Below are positions 29,072-39,372 of a stretch of 64,000 nt of DNA, in pieces. How positions within the stretch are numbered: the first letter of the stretch is position 1; the number at the start of each line of letters is the position of its first letter. Source of the stretch: an uncultured delta proteobacterium (lineage in GTDB: Bacteria; Desulfobacterota; Binatia; Binatales; Binataceae); the NCBI GenBank assembly GCA_963765675.1, contig CAVXXK010000001.1, forward strand, positions 1,920,001-1,984,000, written 5' to 3'. A program made the position numbers and the translations under genes. The notes under the pieces are model-generated. The model saw only the letters and a program-made list of their open reading frames with translations. It searched no databases and had not been told where the DNA came from.

Positions 29072-29827
29072 CTAGCGCGCTTTGCGCGCTGAGAGCAGGA
29101 AGTGCTTGGCTGTGAACGACAATGGATGCCCCGAATCGAGCCGCGCCTGAAGCTTTTCGAGCGCGCCGCGATGCCGTGCGACTGAAAATCCTTCGACGAC
29201 CCAAGGGACGTTGACGAGAAAATAGACCAGCGCGCCGACATCGGCAAAACCCGTTCTCACTTCGCATTCGCGGATATCAAGAACATTTAGTCCGCAAGCT
29301 TCGGCGCTGCGCGCTACATTCTGAGCATTGTGCTCGGGCCACTTGGGATGGCTGCCAAAAATTTCCATGAGGTCGGCGAGCGAATCGCCCGCGACTTGTT
29401 GGGTCAGGAAGCGCCCGCCCGGCGTTAAGATGCGCGCAACCTCCGGCAGGCCCAGAGGACCGCCATGGCGATTAAGGACCAGCTCGACAGTTTCATTTCC
29501 AAGCGGAAACCGTTCTCCCCCGTCGTCCAGGCCGAGCACCGTGACGCCCAGCGGAGTAAGGCACTTGCGAGCTTCGATGACATTGGGCGGCCATGCTTCG
29601 AGCGCAACGGTACGCGGCGTTAACGGAGCGAGCGACTCCAAAACCTCACCACCGCCGGTATGGATGTCGGCAAGCGACGCCGCCTGCGCGACGAGCTCGC
29701 GGGCCAATGCCATGTAATCCCATGACATTTCATCGGTTCGCATCCGCTCCCGGATATAGGAGAAATCCCACCCCTTGAAAGGGGCGGTCTCGTCCGCAAG
29801 CCATTGCTCATACAACGCGGCGCTCAT
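29072..29827 (-). CDS. Class I SAM-dependent methyltransferase
   Basis: FKGWDFSY, DIHTGGGE, LNRH, RILTPGGRFLTQQV. Confidence 0.88.
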   Translation of the reverse strand: MSAALYEQWLADETAPFKGWDFSYIRERMRTDEMSWDYMALARELVAQAASLADIHTGGGEVLESLAPLTPRTVALEAWPPNVIEARKCLTPLGVTVLGLDDGGERFPLGNETVELVLNRHGGPLGLPEVARILTPGGRFLTQQVAGDSLADLMEIFGSHPKWPEHNAQNVARSAEACGLNVLDIRECEVRTGFADVGALVYFLVNVPWVVEGFSVARHRGALEKLQARLDSGHPLSFTAKHFLLSARKAR

Positions 29828-29850
29828 CGATCTTCTTCTGGACCGGCTGG

Positions 29851-31017
29851 TTAGACTACTTGGCGGAAGGCCATTGCCGGGACGACGCGCATTGCCTGCA
29901 TCACGGGAATGATCGCGCTGGCGATACTCACTATCAGGGCCACAATGATCGCCGCGATCGCGGTCTCGGGGCGCACCTGGATGTAGCCGAGGAGGCCGGT
30001 TATTTCGCCGAGACGAACGCCGTGGCCGAAATAGTACAATGCGCACGCGGCGCCGATCACTGCTCCGGCGAGGCCGATCATCGCCGCTTCGGAGAACAAG
30101 AGAATCCCAATGTGCGATCTCGTGAATCCTAGCGCGCGCATCACCGCGACTTCGCCAATCCGGTCGCGCACCATCATCGCCATCGAATTTCCTGCGATCA
30201 GCAACACGGTCAACAGCACGACGATGCACAGGCTATAGATAATCGTGCGGATGTTTCCGATCGCGCTAACGACGTTGGCAACCGAATTCGATTCGGTCGT
30301 GGTTTCGGTTTCCGCGTCGGAATTGTGGAAATTATCGTCAATCTCGGTTGCCACCTGGCCCATGTTCTCGGTCTGGTCCACGCGAACCAGCAGGAACGAC
30401 GCCCGGTCCTGAATATTCGCGCCGTAAACTTTATTCACCGCATCGTCGAACATCCGGCGGTCGAAGAGAAAGGCGTGCGACATATATTCATTGGGAAACA
30501 CGACCAGCGGGATGAATGTCAGCGTGAGCCGGGAATCGCCGGGATTAGAAAGGGTGACCGGCTGTCCAAGTTTCCAGCCATACTCGTCCATCAGCGCGTA
30601 TCCGATCATCGCATAGCGCCGGTCGGTCAGTAGCTTCTTCGCCAGATCCGCGGGCACCTGGTAGTCACTGCTCGCGGTTACGTTTGTGATATCCGGGGTT
30701 ACTCCATAGGTGATGATGGGACTTTTGGGATCGCGATAGATCGCTCCCCATAAAATCTCCGGCGCGCATCCGAGTACATGCGGAAGCTTTTTGATTGGAC
30801 CGCAATAGCGCGCGGGCAGGTTATTGTTATTACGCTCGGTGACCACCAGGCGCAGCCCCTTGGATGCGTTGGCGGCAATTCGATCCATCGACCACGGCAC
30901 CGCGACCAGCACCGTGTATATAAACACCGCGACGGCGAACGTCAGCGCGGTCAGGATCGTGCGCCGAAGCTGGCGGCGCATGTTCCGAAACGCGATGGTT
31001 AGAAGCTTCCCGATCAT
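29851..31017 (-). CDS. MacB/FtsX-type ABC permease
   Basis: FRNMRRQLRRTILT, VRDRIGEVAVMRALGF. Confidence 0.9.
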   Translation of the reverse strand: MIGKLLTIAFRNMRRQLRRTILTALTFAVAVFIYTVLVAVPWSMDRIAANASKGLRLVVTERNNNNLPARYCGPIKKLPHVLGCAPEILWGAIYRDPKSPIITYGVTPDITNVTASSDYQVPADLAKKLLTDRRYAMIGYALMDEYGWKLGQPVTLSNPGDSRLTLTFIPLVVFPNEYMSHAFLFDRRMFDDAVNKVYGANIQDRASFLLVRVDQTENMGQVATEIDDNFHNSDAETETTTESNSVANVVSAIGNIRTIIYSLCIVVLLTVLLIAGNSMAMMVRDRIGEVAVMRALGFTRSHIGILLFSEAAMIGLAGAVIGAACALYYFGHGVRLGEITGLLGYIQVRPETAIAAIIVALIVSIASAIIPVMQAMRVVPAMAFRQVV

Positions 31018-31033
31018 CTTCGACCTCGGTAGC

Positions 31034-32194
31034 TCACGCCTCTCTGAGTGCCCCAATAATCTCCTGGCGTGACGCGCGCAGCGCCGGCATCAGGCCGCCT
31101 ACGATCCCGATGATAGTTGCCACGATGATTCCGGCCGCGAATGCCCCGATGGTCGGCCGATAGGAGAAGAACATCGCGCCCACGGTCATCGAGCGGCTGG
31201 TCAATCCTGTCGCCCACGCCACGATGATCGAGAGCACGACGCCGGTTGCGCCGCCGGCGATTCCGAGCAGCGCGCTTTCGATCACAAAGCTGCCCAGTAT
31301 ATTTGCGCGCGAGAAACCGAGCACCCGCAGCACACCGATTTCGCGTCCGCGCCGCGTCACCGCGGTGTACATCGTATTCATCCCGCCGAAGATGGCGCCG
31401 ATCGCGAGCGCCAGGGCTACGATCAATCCGAGGTTCCTCAGTTGCGCGACTACTTTGATCTGCGCGGCGTAGTATTCAGCCTCATTTTCCGCGTCGACGC
31501 TCAAACGGCCATCGGATTTGATCGCATTTTGAAAGTCGGCGCTTCGGCCGGGTTTCAGCACCACGTGCAGCGCCGTCGAGCCGCCGGGATCCCAATGGCG
31601 ATCGTTGATGAGATCTTCGATATCAGTCCAGATTTCCGATTCGCGTTCGCTGTCGTTGTCGGAGAAAACCCCGACAATTTTCCAGTCGCGATGGCTGTAG
31701 TGAAACGTCGTGCCTGGCGCCAGGTAAGGAAAGCGCGCGAAGAGCTTGCGTCCGATCACCCATTCTCCATCGCCCCGCACCGGCCAGTGACCTTCGACGA
31801 TGCGCAGGTTCGGATGAACTTCGTATGCGATCGGTTCCACGCCGCGCAGAATCGCGAACTCCTTGGCGCCCTTGGTGCGGCTGATATTCACGCCCGCGAT
31901 GGTCTCGCGCGAGACTAGAGGATGATGTCCAGCGTCAGTCGCGATTTCGGGCCGCACTCTTAGAATCTCGGTCGAGGGATGCGGAACGAAGCTCTGGTTC
32001 TCGCTGGTCGCGCCGCGCGCCAGGATGATCCAGTTGCTATTCTGGCCGGCGTTGGACAGCGCCTGCCTCAGGCCCGCGATAAATCCGAACACGATCACGA
32101 AAATCATCGAGACCAGCGCGACGCCGAGCACCGTCATGACCGAAGTGACGCGCCGTTCCACAAGGCTGCGGAAATTGTAGCGAAGCGGAATCAT
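31034..32194 (-). CDS. MacB/FtsX-type ABC permease
   Basis: IPLRYNFRSL, NTMYTAVTRRGREIGVLRVLGF. Confidence 0.9.
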   Translation of the reverse strand: MIPLRYNFRSLVERRVTSVMTVLGVALVSMIFVIVFGFIAGLRQALSNAGQNSNWIILARGATSENQSFVPHPSTEILRVRPEIATDAGHHPLVSRETIAGVNISRTKGAKEFAILRGVEPIAYEVHPNLRIVEGHWPVRGDGEWVIGRKLFARFPYLAPGTTFHYSHRDWKIVGVFSDNDSERESEIWTDIEDLINDRHWDPGGSTALHVVLKPGRSADFQNAIKSDGRLSVDAENEAEYYAAQIKVVAQLRNLGLIVALALAIGAIFGGMNTMYTAVTRRGREIGVLRVLGFSRANILGSFVIESALLGIAGGATGVVLSIIVAWATGLTSRSMTVGAMFFSYRPTIGAFAAGIIVATIIGIVGGLMPALRASRQEIIGALREA

Positions 32195-32288
32195 CGCGGC
32201 CCCCCGCCGAATTACCCAGCAAATGGCTAATGGAAATGAGACCTCCAGCTAACACGAAGGAGGGGGCAAATGGAACGGAGGGGTCTCT

Positions 32289-32843
32289 TTAGCGCGTGAG
32301 GGCGGGGCGCTTGGCCGGTTGCGGGCGCAGCAGCTCGGCGCGGGCGAGGCTTACGCGGAATGGAGATTTGAGCGCCGACATGATTTCTGAAATTGATTTG
32401 TTGAGCTTGGGATGAATCAGCGCGGGCGCGAGCTCGCTCATCGGGGCGAGGACGAACAGGCGCTCATGCAGGCGCGGATGCGGGACGGTCAGGACGCGCG
32501 AATCGATAATCTCCTTGTTGAAGAACAGGAGATCGAGATCGATCACGCGCGGACGGTATTTTCCGCGCGGCGGCTTTTTGCCGCGCACGCGCTTGCGGCC
32601 CATGACGCGCTCGATCGCGAGCAGCTTGCGCATCATCACGTCGGCGGTAATTTCGGTTTCGACCTCGATCACGCCGTTTAGGAATGGACCCTTGACCTCG
32701 CCGACTGGCTCGGTCTCGTAGATCGAGGATTGGCGCACGAGCCTGGTCTCGGGAATCTGCGCGATCCGCGCGATTGCCTCCCGATAATTGGCGGCCCGGT
32801 CGCCGAGGTTAGTACCTATTCCGATGAAAGCCCGATTGGGCAT
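32289..32843 (-). CDS. folK: 2-amino-4-hydroxy-6-hydroxymethyldihydropteridine pyrophosphokinase
   Basis: AFIGIGTNLGDR, SSIYETEP, PRVIDLDLL, VPHPRLHERLFVLAP. Confidence 0.96.
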   Translation of the reverse strand: MPNRAFIGIGTNLGDRAANYREAIARIAQIPETRLVRQSSIYETEPVGEVKGPFLNGVIEVETEITADVMMRKLLAIERVMGRKRVRGKKPPRGKYRPRVIDLDLLFFNKEIIDSRVLTVPHPRLHERLFVLAPMSELAPALIHPKLNKSISEIMSALKSPFRVSLARAELLRPQPAKRPALTR

Positions 32844-32852
32844 TCCCTACCG

Positions 32853-34022
32853 TTACATCCGAAGCGCTTTGATTCTGGTTACCGCCTCTCGCAATCGTTC
32901 GCTCGACACGGTCAGTGAAAAGCGAACGAACCCCTCGCCACCCCTGCCGAATCCTGAACCAGGCGTGATCGCCACACCCGCCTCTTTCAGAACGCGCTCG
33001 GTAAACGAAACCGAGGTATAACCTTTTGGAACTTCCGCCCAGACATAGAAGGTCGCGCGCGGGAGCTCGCACTTGAGACCCATCGCGCGCAGCGCGCCGA
33101 CCAGCAGATCGCGCCGCTCCTTGTAGATTGCGCAATACTCGGCGAGCTTGTCGCCGTCTCCGCCCTCGAGCGCCGTGATCGCGGCCTCCTGCACAGCCTG
33201 GAAGACTCCGGAATCGACGTTGGTTTTCACTTTACCCAGCGCCGCGACCAGTTGAGGGTTGCCGATCGCGAAGCCGCATCGCCATCCGGTCATCGAGAAT
33301 GTTTTCGACAGCGAATGGAACTCGATTGCGCACTCGCGTGAATCTTTCGCGTCGAACACGGTCGGCGCGCGGTAGCCGTCGTACGCAATTTCAGAATAGG
33401 CGCTGTCGTGCGCAAGAATGATGTCGTGTTTCAGGCAGAACCTGACCGCGCTGTCGAAGAACGCCGTATCGACGGTCGCCGCGGTGGGATTATTTGGATA
33501 GTTGAGCCACAAGAGACGGGCGCGGCGCGCGACTTCGTCGGGAATCGAAGCGAAATCCGGAACGAACCCATTTTCCTTCTTGAGCGGCAGGAAATAAGGC
33601 TCGCCGCCATTGAAAACGCATCCCGAGTAATAGACCGGATAGCCGGGATCGGGGATCAGCACGATATCGCCCGGATCGACGACGGCGGTCGCGAAATTCG
33701 CGATACCTTCCTTCGATCCGATGAGTGCGCAGACCTCGCGCGCCGGGTCAAAGCGATGGCCGAAGCGGCGCTCGAACCACCCGGCGGCGGCGCGGCGATA
33801 CTCCTCGAGGCCTTCGTAGTCGGGATAGCGATGATTCTTCGGGAGATCAGCCGCGCGCTTAAGGCTCTCCACAATATGTTGTGGTGTGCGGAGGTCAGGG
33901 TCACCGATTCCGAGGCTGATCACGTCGACGCCCTTGGCTGCGACTTCCTTTTTTAGCCGATCCAATTCAGCGAACAGGTACGGCGGAAGAAGTCCCAGTC
34001 TGGTGGCGGTCTTTATCTGCAC
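32853..34022 (-). CDS. dapL: LL-diaminopimelate aminotransferase (class I/II PLP enzyme)
   Basis: LPPYLFA, LIGSKEG, NYPNNPT, EFHSLSKTFSMTGWR, KTNVDSG. Confidence 0.85.
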   Translation of the reverse strand: MQIKTATRLGLLPPYLFAELDRLKKEVAAKGVDVISLGIGDPDLRTPQHIVESLKRAADLPKNHRYPDYEGLEEYRRAAAGWFERRFGHRFDPAREVCALIGSKEGIANFATAVVDPGDIVLIPDPGYPVYYSGCVFNGGEPYFLPLKKENGFVPDFASIPDEVARRARLLWLNYPNNPTAATVDTAFFDSAVRFCLKHDIILAHDSAYSEIAYDGYRAPTVFDAKDSRECAIEFHSLSKTFSMTGWRCGFAIGNPQLVAALGKVKTNVDSGVFQAVQEAAITALEGGDGDKLAEYCAIYKERRDLLVGALRAMGLKCELPRATFYVWAEVPKGYTSVSFTERVLKEAGVAITPGSGFGRGGEGFVRFSLTVSSERLREAVTRIKALRM

Positions 34023-34562
34023 CTTAAGGCCAAAAATCCGATTTCTGCGGTCATCACGTAACTACCATACTTCACACCGGTCTGAAACTGGGTTGGACCC
34101 GAATTTGCCCACAGGGCACGCGCAATCCACAAGCCGCCTGCGACGGCTCGCGCACTCCGATCCTGTGGATTGATCTGCGTCCCGTTGCAAAGTCTTCTGA
34201 GGAGAGCGAGGTGGTATTCATCATCGCGGCAGGGAGATTTCCTCAACCTCCAGTTTCAATAAAACCCTTGTCTCCGTTGGATGAAATGGTTGTCAAGAGA
34301 GAATTTTCTACCGCTCCGTGAGCCCTTTCGAACAGGCTTTCCATTACCTTTACTTGATTTGCAACATTCGCAGTGTTAGACAAATTAACATTCAGGCGCT
34401 GGAACTGCGCGCGCACTTCAGAGTAAGCAAGTATCTCCAAGCGTCGATACTTGTGTTCGGGAACGCGTGGGTCGGGGAAGGGCCATGACTGGAGAGCTTC
34501 GACCGAGTACGCGGTTCATCTCAAGGCCGCGTGCGGTCGCAGTTTGACCGCAAGTAGCACAG

Positions 34563-35075
34563 ATGAACCGGATATTCCTGCCCTTGGCGGCCGTCTTGTT
34601 GGTTACAGGCGTGACCGTGATCGCTTTCTCCCAGCGTCCGTGGCTGCCGCGGATGGATGTCGTACAGCCAATACCGTTCAGCCATCGGATTCACGCCGGG
34701 GTGAACAAAATTCCCTGCCAGTATTGCCATGAGTACGCCCGCCGCTCCGAAAACGCCGGCATCCCGCCGGTCGAGCGATGCGTAGGATGCCACGGCAGCG
34801 GCATCGTGGGCGGAATCCAGCCGGTTACGCGAGCGTGGAACAACCACGCGCAGCCGCCGTTCGAAATTCGATGGAACCGGGTCTATACGTTGCCCGATTT
34901 CGTAAAGTTTACGCATCGCCCGCATATCCATGCCGGAATCAAATGCCAGCAATGCCACGGCGATGTTCAGAACATGGATCGAGTCGTGCCGGTTAAGGAA
35001 ATCAACATGGGCTTTTGCGTCCAATGTCATACGCAGCGAAAGGCAAGCCTCGACTGCGTGTCGTGTCATCACTGA
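34563..35075 (+). CDS. actA: ACIII pentaheme cytochrome c subunit
   Basis: N-terminal TM; QPIPFSH; five CxxCH motifs; WNRVYTLPDFVKF. Confidence 0.9.
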   Translation: MNRIFLPLAAVLLVTGVTVIAFSQRPWLPRMDVVQPIPFSHRIHAGVNKIPCQYCHEYARRSENAGIPPVERCVGCHGSGIVGGIQPVTRAWNNHAQPPFEIRWNRVYTLPDFVKFTHRPHIHAGIKCQQCHGDVQNMDRVVPVKEINMGFCVQCHTQRKASLDCVSCHH

Positions 35076-35087
35076 GAGAGGAGCGAG

Positions 35088-37994
35088 ATGCCTGAGGGTC
35101 TGTCGAGGCGGTCTTTTATCAAGCTGGCCGCGGCCGCAAGCGCCGCCGCCGCGGTTCCCGGATGCGAGCCCGCCGCGCGCAAGCTTATTCCCTACGTCGT
35201 TCCCGATGAGAACGTCCTGCCCGGGATGCCTAGCTACTACGCGACGACGTGCGCGGAGTGCTCCGCAGGATGCGGCATTATCGCCACGGTGCGCGAGGGC
35301 CGCGTCACGACTTTGGCGGGTAATCCCGCCGATCCGATCGGCGCGGGTGCTATCTGCGCCAGAGGGCAGGGCGCGCTTCAAGGATTGTACAATCCGGACC
35401 GGCTGACCGATCCGATGCTGCGCGGCGACGGCGGCAAGCTCACCAAAATCTCGTGGGATGCGGCCGAAAAGTTGCTGACCGATCATCTTGGCGCCGCGGC
35501 GAAGGCCGGACCGAACCGGGTCGCGTTTCTGGGAGCTCCGCAAGGTCCCAGCTTTGCGAAGATCACGCAGGCATTCCTTGGTGCGTACGGATCGAACCGC
35601 GCGATTTTCTACGAGCCGCTCGAAAACGAAGCCGCGCGCAACGCCGCCCAGACCCTGTTCGGACGCCGCGACTTGCCGATCTATAAAATCGACCAGGCGG
35701 AAACCCTGATCTCTTTCAGTTCCGATTTCCTGGAGACCGGATCCTCGCCGGTCGAGCTCGCGCGGCAGTACGCGGATTTTCGCGCGCCCAGAACCCGCCG
35801 CGGACAGCTGACTATCGGCTATTCGTTCTACGTCGGTCCGCGCATGAGCATGTCCGCCGCCAAGTGCGACGACTGGATCCCCTCAGCACCCGGAGCCGAG
35901 GCGCAAATCGCCTGGAGCGTGCTGCATGTTCTGGTCGCTCAGCGCTGGATTGCGCAGAACTCGGGCCTCGACCTCAATGCGCTGACCACGATCGTATCGG
36001 CGTACGAACCAGCCGCGGTCAGCCAGCGCACCGGCGTTCCGGCAGAGAAGATCAATGCGATGGGCGAGGCCTTCGGCAAGGCCGACGGCGCGGTCGCGAT
36101 CGCCTCTGGCGACGATGAGGCGCTGCATCTGGCCGCGTATATCCTCAACGCCGCGACGGGGAATATCGGCCGTACGATGCTGTTCCTCGACGGCGCTGAG
36201 GCCGAGCCCGTCACCTCCGCGAGCGACTTGAGCGCCGCGATGTCCGCGATGCGCGACGGCAAGGTCGATGTCGCGGTGATCAATGGAACGAACCCAGTTT
36301 TCACGATGCCGCCGACGATGCGCGCGGCCGAATCGCTGCAGCGGGTTGGCTTCGTGGTGTGGATGGGAACCGTGCCGGACGAGACCGCCAACATGGCGAG
36401 CCTGCTCCTGCCAGCGCATCATCCGCTCGAGCAGTGGCGCGATACCGCTCCGCGTCCGGGAGTCCGCGGTCTGGGACAGCCTGTCATGCAGCCGGTCTTC
36501 GCGAGCCGCGCGGCCGGCGACATCATGCTGGCCGCGGCCGCGAAAGCGCCGCAAGCGAAAATTCCGTGGCCGACCTCTGCCGACGCGGTCAAGGCCGAAT
36601 GGCTCGCGCTGGCTCCTCAAGGTGCGAGCCAAGACGCTCAAATCGAATTCTGGACCAAGGTGCGGCGCGAGGGCGGCCTTTATAACGAAGCCAAGCCGGT
36701 CGCGGTCAAGCTCTCGACGGCGTCGCTCAAAACTCCGCCGCCGGGAGATGGCGTATCTCCGGGGCTCACCTTCGTCGCGTTTCCGCACATTTTCCTTTAC
36801 GACGGACGCGGCGCCGACAAGCCGTGGCTCCAGGAAATCCCCGAGCCGGTCAATCAGATCGTTTGGGATAGCTGGGCGGAGATACATCCTGCGACCGCCT
36901 CGAAGCTCGGGATCGCGAAGGACGAGCTCGTCGAGTTGCGCACCGAGCACGGCGCGATCGAGGTGCCGGCGCTGATCTCGACCAACGTTCATCCGGGCGC
37001 GATTGTCGTTCCTCTCGGACAGGGGCATAGCGCGTACGGTCGCTATGCGAAAGATGTCGGCGCGAATCCATGGACGATTCTCGCCGAGGGCTCGCTGCGG
37101 ATCGCGGTGACCGCAAAAGGCACTGGACGCAGTCGCAAGCTCGTCTCGCCGCTGGGCAAGAGCGACATGCTCGGACGCTCGATCGTCGAAGCGATGAGCC
37201 TCGACGAACTCCGCCACGGCGAGCCGCCGGAAGCTCCGCTCGCGCCGGAGCCGTACGAGATGTACCCGCCGTTTCCCTATCCGAATCACAAATGGGGCAT
37301 GACGATCGACGTCAACTCCTGCACCGGATGCAGCGCGTGCGTGGCGGCGTGTTACGCAGAGAACAATCTGCCGTTCGTCGGCAAAGAGTTGGTCGATCAA
37401 GGACGGATCATGTCGTGGATTCGGATCGAGCGGTTCTTTCCCGAAGACAAGGACAACGCGCCCAATCTGTATCTGGCGCCGATGCTCTGCCAGCAGTGCA
37501 ATCATGCGCCGTGCGAGCCGGTCTGTCCGGTGTTCGCCTCCTATCACACGCAGGAGGGGCTGAACGGCCAAGTCTATAACCGCTGCGTCGGAACCAGGTA
37601 TTGCGAGAACAATTGTCCCTATAAAGTGCGTCGCTTCAACTGGTTCGTTCCGGAGTGGCCGGAGCCGCTCAATCTCCAACTAAATCCCGACGTGACGATC
37701 CGCGGCGCCGGCGTGATGGAGAAATGCACCTTCTGCATCCAGCGGATCCAGCACGCTGAGATCAATGCGCGTGACGACGAGCGCGCGCTGAAGGACGGCG
37801 AGATCGTTACCGCGTGCCAGGGCGCCTGTCCGGCTCGGGCGATCACGTTCGGCGACATGAACGACAAGCAGAGCGCGATGATGCGGCGGCGCGACGATAA
37901 CAAGCCGCGCAATTACCTGATGCTGGAAGAACTCAACACCCAGCCCGCGATCGTTTATCTGCGCGACCTCTATCGCGTGAAAGGAAAGGCGTAA
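35088..37994 (+). CDS. actB: ACIII subunit B (molybdopterin-oxidoreductase-like domain + Fe-S domain)
   Basis: Tat motif SRRSFIK; PWLQEIP; CTGCSACVAAC, CQQC..PCEPVCP, CVGTRYCENNCP, MEKCTFC. Confidence 0.92.
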   Translation: MPEGLSRRSFIKLAAAASAAAAVPGCEPAARKLIPYVVPDENVLPGMPSYYATTCAECSAGCGIIATVREGRVTTLAGNPADPIGAGAICARGQGALQGLYNPDRLTDPMLRGDGGKLTKISWDAAEKLLTDHLGAAAKAGPNRVAFLGAPQGPSFAKITQAFLGAYGSNRAIFYEPLENEAARNAAQTLFGRRDLPIYKIDQAETLISFSSDFLETGSSPVELARQYADFRAPRTRRGQLTIGYSFYVGPRMSMSAAKCDDWIPSAPGAEAQIAWSVLHVLVAQRWIAQNSGLDLNALTTIVSAYEPAAVSQRTGVPAEKINAMGEAFGKADGAVAIASGDDEALHLAAYILNAATGNIGRTMLFLDGAEAEPVTSASDLSAAMSAMRDGKVDVAVINGTNPVFTMPPTMRAAESLQRVGFVVWMGTVPDETANMASLLLPAHHPLEQWRDTAPRPGVRGLGQPVMQPVFASRAAGDIMLAAAAKAPQAKIPWPTSADAVKAEWLALAPQGASQDAQIEFWTKVRREGGLYNEAKPVAVKLSTASLKTPPPGDGVSPGLTFVAFPHIFLYDGRGADKPWLQEIPEPVNQIVWDSWAEIHPATASKLGIAKDELVELRTEHGAIEVPALISTNVHPGAIVVPLGQGHSAYGRYAKDVGANPWTILAEGSLRIAVTAKGTGRSRKLVSPLGKSDMLGRSIVEAMSLDELRHGEPPEAPLAPEPYEMYPPFPYPNHKWGMTIDVNSCTGCSACVAACYAENNLPFVGKELVDQGRIMSWIRIERFFPEDKDNAPNLYLAPMLCQQCNHAPCEPVCPVFASYHTQEGLNGQVYNRCVGTRYCENNCPYKVRRFNWFVPEWPEPLNLQLNPDVTIRGAGVMEKCTFCIQRIQHAEINARDDERALKDGEIVTACQGACPARAITFGDMNDKQSAMMRRRDDNKPRNYLMLEELNTQPAIVYLRDLYRVKGKA

Positions 37995-39353
37995 GTGGCA
38001 GCCGCAGTTCAAGAACCGACCACGCCGACCTTCCGCGATATCGACCGCGGCGTGCTCCGGGTGATGGATTTCCCGGGCACGGCCTATTGGATCTGGATCG
38101 CGTTCTGCTTCTCGCTGGTCACGATCGCGGTGATCCTTTGGACCCGGCAGATTTACACCGGCCTTGGAGTTACCGGACTTCGCCAGCCAGTGATGTGGGC
38201 GGTCTATATCACGAACTTCGTGTTCTGGGTCGGAATCGCGCACTCGGGCACGCTGATCTCGGCGATCCTTTACCTGTTTCGCACGCGGTGGCGCACCGCG
38301 GTCTACCGCGCCGCCGAGACGATGACGCTGTTCGCGGTTCTGACCGCCGGCCTGATGCCGCTGTTTCATCTCGGCCGCGTATGGTTTGCCTACTGGCTGC
38401 TGCCTTATCCGAACGAGCGGTTCCTGCAGCCCGACTTCCGCTCGCCCCTGGTGTGGGACGCGTTCGCGGTCTCGACCTACCTGACGATCAGCGCGCTGTT
38501 CCTGTTCATGGGTTTGATTCCCGACGTCGCCAACGCGCGCGAGCATTCAACCGGATGGCGCCGGACGTTCTATGGGATCCTGTCGCTCGGATGGCAGGGG
38601 ACCGACCGCCAGTGGCATCACTTCGCTATGGCGTATCTGCTAATGGCCGGACTTGCGACTCCGCTGGTCGTCTCGGTGCATAGCGTGGTGTCGTGGGACT
38701 TCGCGATGGCGCAGTTGCCCGGATGGCACAGCACGATCTTTGCGCCGTACTTCGTCGCGGGTGCGATTTTCTCGGGCGTCGCGATGGTGATCACGCTGCT
38801 CATCCCGATGCGCAAGTGGCTGCATATCGAAGATCTGGTCACGCCGTGGCACATGGACAACCTGGCAAAGATCGTCCTGCTGACCTCGCTGGTCGTGACC
38901 TACTCGTATGCGACCGAGTCGTTCATGGTCTGGTACTCGGGCGACAAGATCGAGCAGATGACTTTCCACATGCGCTACTTCGGGCCGTGGGGCTGGATCT
39001 TCTGGGTGATGATCCTGTGCAACTGCCTGATTCCGCTGCTGCTGTTCTCGCCGCGGATCCGCGTGAACATGACCGTGCTGTGGATCATCTCGATCTTCGT
39101 CAATATCGGGATGTGGCTCGAACGGTTTGACATTATCGCGGGTTCTCTGACCACGAATTTCAATCCCGCGCAGTGGCATTTCTATACGCCGTCGATCACG
39201 GAAATCATGATCACGGTGGGCAGCTTCGCGTGGTTTTTGGGTTTGTTCTCGCTGTTTGCGAAATTTGTGCCGATTATCTCGATGACCGAGCTGAAGGAGG
39301 GCATCCAGTTCCTGCGTCAGGCGGTCAAAAAAGGTTCGTCAAGCGCGGCATGA
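37995..39353 (+). CDS. actC: ACIII quinol-oxidising NrfD/PsrC-type subunit
   Basis: NFVFWVGIAHSGTLISAIL, HLGR, SPLVWD, SVHSVVSWDFA, WHSTIFAPYFVAGAIFSG. Confidence 0.94.
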   Translation: MAAAVQEPTTPTFRDIDRGVLRVMDFPGTAYWIWIAFCFSLVTIAVILWTRQIYTGLGVTGLRQPVMWAVYITNFVFWVGIAHSGTLISAILYLFRTRWRTAVYRAAETMTLFAVLTAGLMPLFHLGRVWFAYWLLPYPNERFLQPDFRSPLVWDAFAVSTYLTISALFLFMGLIPDVANAREHSTGWRRTFYGILSLGWQGTDRQWHHFAMAYLLMAGLATPLVVSVHSVVSWDFAMAQLPGWHSTIFAPYFVAGAIFSGVAMVITLLIPMRKWLHIEDLVTPWHMDNLAKIVLLTSLVVTYSYATESFMVWYSGDKIEQMTFHMRYFGPWGWIFWVMILCNCLIPLLLFSPRIRVNMTVLWIISIFVNIGMWLERFDIIAGSLTTNFNPAQWHFYTPSITEIMITVGSFAWFLGLFSLFAKFVPIISMTELKEGIQFLRQAVKKGSSSAA

Positions 39354-39372
39354 ACAGGGCATTGGCAGAGCG

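Noticed and set aside
34374-34390. TnrA/GlnR box (TGTNA-N7-TNACA)
   Set aside because: The pattern matches, but those regulators are Firmicutes-type and the downstream genes are respiratory. Kept only as an unassigned palindrome.
35088-37994. Catalytic molybdoenzyme (nitrate, polysulfide or formate reductase)
   Set aside because: Fusion to the Fe-S domain and the actA/C/D/F context identify it as ActB.
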